A stretch of DNA of 64,000 nt from Octopus sinensis (lineage: Eukaryota): contig NC_043000.1 in the NCBI RefSeq assembly GCF_006345805.1, positions 144,894,001-144,958,000 on the forward strand, in the 5' to 3' direction. Within the stretch, counting starts at the first letter, position 1, and each line of letters begins with the position of its first letter. The position numbers and the translations under genes were made by a program. This document shows positions 54,269 through 64,000 of this stretch, piece by piece. The notes under the pieces were generated by a model. That model did no database searches, was not told where the DNA came from, and saw only the letters and a list, made by a program, of their open reading frames with translations.

Positions 54269-54562
54269 GTTATTTAACGCTCACTAGGTAGAGTAATTTT
54301 TTCTTCATCTTACCTAAAATTGAAGAATAATCTACATACAGGCGCATGCGAGTGTGTGTGCGTGAGTGTATATATATATATACATACATACATGTCTATC
54401 TATTTCTACATCTATCTATCTATCTATCTGTATATATATATAATATTATATATATATATAAGTGTATGTATGTATATATATAATAATATTATATATATAT
54501 ATAAGTATATGATGATATTATATATATTATATATATATATATAGTATATATGTATATATATA

Positions 54563-57500
54563 TAAGTAATACTAAGCAATAAAGGGTTTAGCAACGAATT
54601 GCCTTACCACATACCGAATTTAGAAATAGCAGTCAAAGAGTTATAGCTATTTCTTCTACTAAAAAGGGAGATCTCAGTAAAAACAGCAATTGGAAGGCAG
54701 ACACAAACAGGTAAGAGAGAATGAATTGACGGCAATCTATCATACAATTTTAAGTTATCTACGGACGTACGTTTCGAAATCAACTTTTTAGGAAAGCATA
54801 AGAATTAAATATCAAATAATTCTATCTTACCAAAAACTTCTTTTCTCTACAGCGTAGAATACTATAATCATAAATGATTATATATTGAATTTTGAGATAC
54901 TAGAAGGCACCAACTCAACTCAGTATCAGAGCGAGCTAGAATCCGCAACTAGTACCACCAAATTCAATGTGTGAATGAAACGATTGTGTCACCAGCCCCT
55001 TCCCACCCGCGTGTAGCCAAAACAAGATGCTGTGGTCATCTACTGAGATAAAATATGGTTATCCGTAATAATGAAGGGTGAAATTAATTAATTTGGAATA
55101 ATTATCAATTACACCAAGTAGTCTTCGGCATGTAAAAGCCTCATTCGAGGAAAATTTAAGTAATACTAAGCAATAAAGGGTTTAGCACGAATGCCTTACC
55201 ACCATACCGAATTTAGAAATAGCAGTCAAAGAGTTATAGCTATTTCTTCTAATAAAAAGGGAGATCTCAGTAAAAACAGCAATTGGAAGGCAGACACAAA
55301 CAGGTAAGAGAGAATGAATTGACGGCAATCTATCATACAATTTTAAGTTATCTACGGACGTACGTTTCGAAATCAAGTTTTTAGGAAAGCATAAGAATTA
55401 AATATCAAATAATTCTATCTTACCAAAAAACTTCTTTTCTCTGCAGCGTAGAATACTATAATCTTAAATGATTATATATTGAATTTTGAGATACTAGAAG
55501 GCACCAACTCAACTCAGTATCAGAGCGAGCTAGAATCCGCAACTAGTATCACCAAATTCAATGTGTGAATGAAACGATTGTGTCACCAGCCCCTTCCCAC
55601 CCGCGTGTAGCCAAAACAAGATGCTGTGGTCATCTACTGAGATAAAATATGGTTATCCGTAATAATGAAGGGTGAAATTAATTAATTTGGAATAATTATC
55701 AATTACACCAAGTAGTCTTCGGCATGTAAAAGCCTCATTCGAGAGAAATTTAAGTAATACTAAGCAATAAGGGTTTAGCAACGAATTGCCTTACCACATA
55801 CCGAATTTAGAAATAGCAGTCAAAGAGTTATAGCTATTTTTCTACTAAAAAGGGAGATCTCAGTAAAAACAGCAATTGGAAGGCAGACACAAACAGGTAA
55901 GAGAGAATGAATTGACGGCAATCTATCATACAATTTTAAGTTATCTACGGACGTACGTTTCGAAATCAAGTTTTTAGGAAAGCATAAGAATTAAATATCA
56001 AATAATTCTATCTTACCAAAAAACTTCTTTTCTCTTCAGCGTAGAATACTATAATCATAAATGATTATATATTGAATTTTGAGATACTAGAAGGCACCAA
56101 CTCAACTCAGTATCAGAGCGAGCTAGAATCCGCAACTAGTATCACCAAATTCAATGTGTGAATGAAACGATTGTGCCACCAGCCCCTTCCCACGCGCGTG
56201 TAGCCAAAACAAGATGCTGTGGTCATCTACTGAGATAAAATATGGTTATCCGTAATAATGAAGGGTGAAATTAATTAATTTGGAATAATTATCAATTACA
56301 CCAAGTAGTCTTCGGCATGTAAAAGCCTCATTCGAGGAAAATTTAAGTAATACTAAGCAATAAAGGGTTTAGCAACGAATTGCCTTACCACATACCGAAT
56401 TTAGAAATAGCAGTCAAAGAGTTATAGCTATTTCTTTACTAAAAAGGAGATCTCAGTAAAAACAGCAATTGGAAGGCAGACACAAACAAGTAAGAGAGAA
56501 TGAATTGACGGCAATCTATCATACAATTTTAAGTTATCTACGGACGTACGTTTCGAAATCAAGTTTTTAGGAAAGCATAAGAATTAAATATCAAATAATT
56601 CTATCTTACCAAAAAACTTCTTTTCTCTTCAGCGTAGACTATAATCATAAATGATTATATATTGAATTTTGAGATACTAGAAGGCACCAACTCAACTCAG
56701 TATCAGAGCGAGCTAGAATCCGCAACTAGTATCACCAAATTCAATGTGTGAATGAAACGATTGTGCCACCAGCCCCTTCCCACGCGCGTGTAGCCAAAAC
56801 AAGATGCTGTGGTCATCTACTGAGATAAAATATGGTATCCGTAATAATGAAGGGTGAAATTAATTAATTTGGAATAATTATCAATTACACCAAGTAGTCT
56901 TCGGCATGTAAAAGCCTCATTCGAGGAAAATTTAAGTAATACTAAGCAATAAAGGTTTAGCAACGAATTGCCTTACCACATACCGAATTTAGAAATAGCA
57001 GTCAAAGAGTTATAGCTATTTCTTCTCTACTAAAAAGGGAGATCTCAGTAAAAACAGCAATTGGAAGGCAGACACAAACAGGTAAGAGAGAATGAATTGA
57101 CGGCAATCTATCATACAATTTTAAGTTATCTACGGACGTACGTTTCGAAATCAAGTTTTTAGGAAAGCATAAGAATTAAATATCAAATATTCTATCTTAC
57201 CAAAAAAACTTCTTTCTCTCTTCAGCGTAGAATACTATAATCATAAATGATTATATATTGAATTTTGAGATACTAGAAGGCACCAACTCAACTCAGTATC
57301 AGAGCGAGCTAGAATCCGCAACTAGTATCACCAAATTCAATGTGTGAATGAAACGATTGTGCCACCAGCCCCTTCCCACCCGCGTGTAGCCAAAACAAGA
57401 TTGCTGTGGTCATCTACTGAGATAAAATATGGTTATCCGTAATAATGAAGGGTGAAATTAATTAATTTGGAATAATTATCAATTACACCAAGTAGTCTTC

Positions 57501-60500
57501 GGCATGTAAAAGCCTCATTCGAGGAAAATTTAAGTAATACTAAGCAATAAAGGGTTTAGCAACGAATTGCCTTACCACATACCGAATTTAGAAATAGCAG
57601 TCAAAGAGTTATAGCTATTTCTTCTACTAAAAAGGGAGATCTCAGTAAAAACAGCAATTGGAAGGCAGACACAAACAGGTAAGAGAGAATGAATTGACGG
57701 CAATCTATCATACAATTTTAAGTTATCTACGGACGTACGTTCGAAATCAAGTTTTTAGGAAAGCATAAGAATTAAATATCAATAATTCTATCTTACCAAA
57801 AAACTTATTTTCTCTTCAGCGTAGAATACTATAATCATAAATGATTATATATTGAATTTTGAGATACTAGAAGGACCAACTCAACTCAGTATCAGAGCGA
57901 GCTAGAATCCGCAACTAGTATCACCAAATTCAATGTGTGAATGAAACGATTGTGTCACCAGCCCCTTCCCACCCGCGTGTAGCAAAAACAAGATGCTGTG
58001 GTCATCTACTGAGATAAAATATGGTATCCGTAATAATGAAGGGTGAAATTAATTAATATGGAATAATTATCAATTACACCAAGTAGTCTTCGGCATGTAA
58101 AAGCCTCATTCGAGGAAAATTTAAGTAATACTAAGCAATAAAGGGTTAGCAACGAATTGCCTTACCACATACGAATTTAGAAATAGCAGTCAAAGAGTTA
58201 TAGCTATTCTTCTACTAAAAAGGGAGATCTCAGTAAAAACAGCAATTGGAAGGCAGAGACACAAAAGGTAAGAGAGAATGAATTGATGGCAATCTATCAT
58301 ACAATTTTAAGTTATCTACGGACGTACGTTTCGAAATCAAGTTTTTAGGAAAGCATAAGAATTAAATATCAAATAATTCTATCTTACCAAAAAACTTCTT
58401 TTCTCTTCAGCGTAGAATACTATAATCATAAATGATTATATATTGAATTTTGAGATACTAGAAGTCACCAACTCAACTCAGTATCAGAGCGAGCTAGAAT
58501 CCGCAACTAGTATCACCAAATTCAATGGTGAATGAAACGATCGTGTCACCAGCCCCTTCCCACCCGCGTGTAGCCAAAACAAGATGATGTGTGGTCATCT
58601 ACTGAGATAAAATATGGTTATCCGTAATAATGAAGGGTGAAATTAATTAATTTGGAATAATTATCAATTACACCAAGTAGTCTTCGGCATGTAAAAGCCT
58701 CATTCGAGGAAAATTTAAGTAATACTAAGCAAATAAGGGTTTAGCAACGAATTGCCTTACCACATACCGAATTTAGAAATAGCAGTCAAAGAGTTATAGC
58801 TATTTCTTCTACTAAAAAGGGAGATCTCAGTAAAAACAGCAATTGGAAGGCAGACACAAACAGGTAAGAGAGAATGAATTGACGGCAATCTATCATACAA
58901 TTTTAAGTTATCTACGGACGTACGTTTCGAAATCAAGTTTTTAGGAAAGCATAAGAATTAAATATCAAATAATTCTATCTTACCAAAAAACTTCTTTTCT
59001 CTTCAGCGTAGAATACTATAATCATAAATGATTATATATTGAATTTTGAGATACTAGAAGACCAACTCAACTCAGTATAGAGCGAGCTAGAATCCGCAAC
59101 TAGTATCACCAAATTCAATGTGTGAATGAAACGATTGTGTCACCAGCCCCTTCCCACCCGTGTAGCCAAAACAAGATGCTGTGGTCATCTACTGAGATAA
59201 AATATGGTTATCCGTAATAATGAAGGGTGAAATTAATTAATTTGGAATAATTATCAATTACACAAAGTAGTCTTCGGCATGTAAAAGCCTCATTCGAGGA
59301 AAATTTAAGTAATACTAAGCAATAAAAGGTTTAGCAACGAATTGCCTTACCACATACCGAATTTAGAATAGCAGTCAAAGAGTTATAGCTATTTCTTCTA
59401 CTAAAAAGGGAGATCTCAGTAAAAACAGCAATTGGAAGGCAGACACAAACAGGTAAGAGAGAATGAATTGACGGCAATCTATCATACAATTTTAAGTTAT
59501 TACGGACGTACGTTTCGAAATCAAGTTTTTAGGAAAGCATAAGAATTAAATATCAAATAATTCTATCTTACCAAAAAACTTCTTTTCTCTTCAGCGTAGA
59601 ATATTATAATCATAATGATTATATATTGAATTTTGAGATACTAGAAGGCACCAACTCAACTCAGTATCAGAGCGAGCTAGAATCCGCAAATAGTATCACC
59701 AAATTCAATGTGTGTGAATGAAACGATTGTGTCACCAGCCCCTTCCCACCCGCGTGTAGCCAAAACAAGATGCTGTGGTCATCTACTGAGATAAAATATG
59801 GTTATCCGTATAATGAAGGGTGAAATTAATTTATTTGGAATAATTATCAATTACACCAAGTAGTCTTCGGCATGTAAAAGCCTCATTCGAGGAAAATTTA
59901 AGTAATACTAAGCAATAAAGGGTTTAGCAACGAATGAATGGCCTTACCAATACCGAATTTAGAAATAGCAGTCAAGAGTTATAGCTATTTCTTCTACTTA
60001 AAAGGGAGATCTCAGTAAAAACAGCAATTGGAAGGCAGACACAAACAGGTAAGAGAGAATGAATTGACGGCAATCTATCATAACAATTTAAGTTATTACG
60101 GACGTACGTTTCGAAATCAAGTTTTTAGGAAAGCATAAGAATTAAATATCAAATAATTCTATCTTACCAAAAAACTTCTTTTCTCTGCAGCGTAGGAATA
60201 CTATAATCATAAATGATTATATTGAATTTTGAGATACTAGAAGGCACCAACTCAACTCAGTATCAGAGCGAGCTAGAATCCGCAACTAGTATCACCAAAT
60301 TCAATGTGTGAATGAAACGATTGTGTCACCAGCCCCTTCCCCCCGCGCGTGTAGCCAAAAAGATGCTGTGGTCATCTACTGAGATAAAATATGGTTATCC
60401 GTAATAATGAAGGGTGAAATTAATTAATTTGGAATAATTATCAATTACACCAAGTAGTCTTCGGCATGTAAACGCCTCATTCGAGGAAAATTTAAGTAAT

Positions 60501-60873
60501 ACTAAGCAATAAAGGGTTAGCAACGAATTGCCTTACCACATACCGAATTTAGAAATAGCAGTCAAAGAGTTATAGCTATTTCTTCTACTAAAAAGGGAGA
60601 TCTCAGTAAAAACAGCAATTGGAAGGCAGACACAAACAGGTCAGAGAGAATGAATTGACGGCAATCTATCATACAATTTTAAGTTATCTACGGACGTACG
60701 TTTCGAAATCAAGTTTTTAGGAAAGCATAAGAATTAAATATCAAATAATTCTATCTTACCAAAAAAACTTCTTTTCTCTTCAGCGTAGAATACTTTAATC
60801 ATAAATGATTATATATTGAATTTTGAGATACTAGAAGGCACCAACTCAACTCAGTATCAGAGCGAGCTAGAAT
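54563..60873 (-). repeat. Tandem array of ~594-bp units (10 full plus 1 partial), each with a hammerhead; retrozyme-like
   Basis: Unit starts (AAGTAATACT) at 54564, 55158, 55752, 56345, 56934, 57532, 58123, 58717, 59307, 59900 and 60494; near-identical units; no conserved ORF; (TA)n on both flanks. Confidence 0.97.
55945..56044 (-). ncRNA. Type I hammerhead ribozyme, representative array copy 3 of 11
   Basis: ctacg CTGAAGA gaaa-ag-aagttttt..agaatta-loop-taattct..aaaaactt-ga-tttc GAAAC gtac GTC cgtag; cleavage between 55950 and 55949. Other copies start at about 54759, 55352, 56538, 57130, 57727, 58316, 58912, 59501, 60097 and 60688. Confidence 0.9.
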
Positions 60874-61492
60874 ATATATATATATATATAAGAATAAATG
60901 TTTTATATATAAAGAACGTGAAATACAGGAAGGGACAAACACGGAACACAGACAAATCATTCGAAGCCTTCAATCTTCAGTCAGACACCGAATCATCATA
61001 GCAAATTTCGGCTGTTCAATTCTGATATTTGCTCCAACTCGGCCAGCCCCATGAAAAAACAATAAGCTGTAAGCATTAGATTTCTTGGTAGAAGACACGA
61101 ATGTAAACGCACGAGACGGATGTAAATACGAGAGACGAAAACGAAATTGAAAACGGTAATGGTTAAACAAAATGTAATATAAGGGTGGTTGTCATACGAC
61201 TTTCGACCAAATGAGACAAAACAACAAACATAGCAGCAGGCGTAGAAATAATTACCTTTTCGGTAGAGGAGACAAATACAGATGTTGGCGAGATACGATC
61301 GCCAATGAAATGGTGGAGAAGCAGCAGGTTGCAGGGGAGAGAGAGAAAGAGAGACAGAGAGAGAGGGAATCAAAGAGGGTGGAAGGCAGGGGACAGAATC
61401 AGTCAGAGACCGAGAGAAAAAGAGAGAGAAGGGATTGAGGAGGATGGGAGGAAGAGGGGAAAGAAAAAAAGGGCGCCAAGTTAGATAGATAG

Positions 61493-61548
<56 letters not shown>

Positions 61549-64000
61549 TCGGTAGATAGATAGATAGATAGATAGATAGATATTGTATATACTGATATTT
61601 TCCATAAGATTAAATCCCAGAATATTACAAATATAGAATTACGGTTCAATATCCGACATAACCCCCATATCTTTCTCACACGGCTACCAATATGACTCTC
61701 CAAGATCCAATTTTTTCTGCACTATTCTTTTTTAAGTTCCTTGTATTTTGGCTTCTTTCCTTCCTGCACTGAAGAGTACGATGATATTTAATTAATTTAA
61801 TTCAACTATGTATTTATATTATTATATGTTTCTACGAATCGATTGTCTGCAAGAATTAAACTTCTTATAAATTCTAACAACTTGTTCCCTCCATTTTTAA
61901 CGAAATTGGTCTGATTTATGGAACTTCATTCCATAAATGCATCATACACTATATACAACTACTACCTTCATATCTTCGCAAATTTACGCCTGTAAACTCC
62001 CAGCAAAGTATGAAGAATCAACGTTAGAAATCTTTTTTGGCAAGTAATATACAAGTCTACATTCAAATCTACAATGAATGCACAAATCTACATTGACAAT
62101 TTATAAACCTATATTAATATATATATATATATACATATATGCTAGTGACTTAGATTGATAGACATATATATATATATATATATATATATACAAGCACACG
62201 CACTCACGCACACATTCACATATGTGTGTGTATGTAAATATATGTTTGTACAAGTATACGTTTCTATGTATATACCAATATACGCAGTTGTATAAATATA
62301 GAGATACACATTCACAGCCACACACTTGTGTATATTAGAGAATGAACAATAGAGGGAAAAATGTGGTAAATTATCAGATTTAAAAAATACAAAGAAATAT
62401 GATAAATTATTAGATTTACAGAATACAAATCAGAAAGGTAGAATTCTATAAATAATGTATTGTAAAATATGCATACATTATGCATGACCATATCTCTTGA
62501 CACAACGTGACGAAATGTGTCTTGATATGAGTCATAGAGAAGCAGTCAAACAAATATAAAAGGACCATTGAAGATAAAAAAAAAGAAATGAGCAGAAGCC
62601 TCCACAAAATTTCGCTGATATCTCAACATAATATATAATTCAAATGTAATATGATATGAATTTGAAGATGAATGATCGTAGCTTGAGCATTATCGACATT
62701 CAGTATACGGCATGATAGACAAATTAGTTCCGTAACATGCATCAACTTGGTTTTAAGTCGAATTCCAGTATTCATGTAATTAAAAGCATAACCTAACATA
62801 TTTGGTCTATATGACTGTTCTCGTTGTGAACATACCTTCTTCTGAACGGTATCAGTAGACTTCATCAGAGAATGTGATGGTCTTTCTTTAATGACAGGGG
62901 ATATTTTGCTTTTATTTCTAGATACACACTCATCTATTTACAGGCTCTTTCTTTGGTTCTGTGATGATGGTATGATAATACTGATAACGACATTTTAAGT
63001 TAGTTATTGATGAAAATAATATCTCTCGTGCAATGAGATATGGGTACTTGAAAAAAATAAAACTATCACATGATAACTGAAATAGCCCTGTTCTTCAAAA
63101 CAGATATTTTGAAATGGAAAAACATTATTTACGTTGGAGAAAAAATATTTACATTTTTTGTACATGAAATATATTTACGAATGAGGATACGACGAAACAT
63201 CTACAATGAAAATTAATGCAAATGACGGCTACTACACTCCATATTTACTTACTTTGAAATTAGAGTCTGTAAAGGGAATTTAAATATTAAGCCTATATCT
63301 TTACTGGGATATTGCGAGCGCATATTGCAAGAAATGTTTCGACTATATCTCTTAAGAGACTAGAAATGCTACTCAAACTATGACAATGTATGATGGTCCA
63401 TTAGCCTCCATGACGCATTAGGACCATACCATTTTTGAAATGGGATTAGCGTCGCGATCCGAAATATATCTGAGAGATAAATTTTTCAGCCCATTAACAA
63501 ACGAAAATATAAACATCTATTTGATATATGCATCATTAACTCGTAATTTAATTCATGGTCATTTCACAATTTTATAAGTCCATCCTCAGAAGATCCTATG
63601 GTCGATGCAATATATTTTTGTATCGTTGCTGTCAAACAGTTTCAAACACTCGTGTATATGAACATATGGCATCATTCCTTACGTAAGAGCGTATACTATC
63701 TCCTATTTTATTCTATGTAACTGTAGTTTTCAATGCATTCTCGATGAACCTATAGTTCATCATTTCATTAGTGTTTGCATTGCAATCCCTATCAGATGAT
63801 TGCTTGCATTTACGTAAGGTTTCATCTGTTTAAATACACACTTTTATGTGAATTAATTTAGCAGCTTTAAGTCAGTCGAACAATAATAATTCTTCTCCTA
63901 AGTTCTACCAGTGTTGTCCTTACTAATTGGTGGCAAAAAATTATTTCTTTATATGGGAAATTTCTATTATATCCATAAGGAAGCTACTAATATTTGGGAA

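Noticed and set aside
54563-60873. Array as CRISPR, rDNA or a coding repeat
   Set aside because: No unique spacers, no rRNA similarity recognised, no conserved ORF.
60955-60990. CTGA-like core on the minus strand (also about 62850)
   Set aside because: No GAAA or stem III; part of a dispersed repeat.
62600-63700. Short ORFs near the window end as a possible gene fragment
   Set aside because: No recognisable domain or consistent splice signals.

Overview
AT-rich, microsatellite-dense eukaryotic DNA. The repeat families look cephalopod (Octopus-like); this is inferred from memory, not from a database search. No host protein-coding gene can be supported: nearly all ORFs in the track are microsatellite or antisense artefacts. 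The window is a transposon landscape: tRNA-derived SINEs of at least 3 families, three degenerate mariners, a degenerate Penelope element, a 5'-truncated CR1-type LINE, two Tx1/L1 fragments and one full-length Tx1/L1 element with an 18-bp target-site duplication. The main signal is non-coding: about 22 type I hammerhead ribozyme (HHR) motifs from about 9 apparently distinct sequence families. The largest is a 6.3-kb head-to-tail array of ~594-bp units (54563-60873) with one HHR per unit, a retrozyme-like circular-RNA-producing architecture. A second ~558-bp HHR repeat family (39935-46962) has the Tx1 element inserted in it. The two families share a conserved ~57-nt hairpin-containing motif about 100 nt downstream of the cleavage site. 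Scattered 1-nt indels suggest long-read consensus error, so individual frameshifts and core defects are uncertain. All pairings and identities were read by eye.
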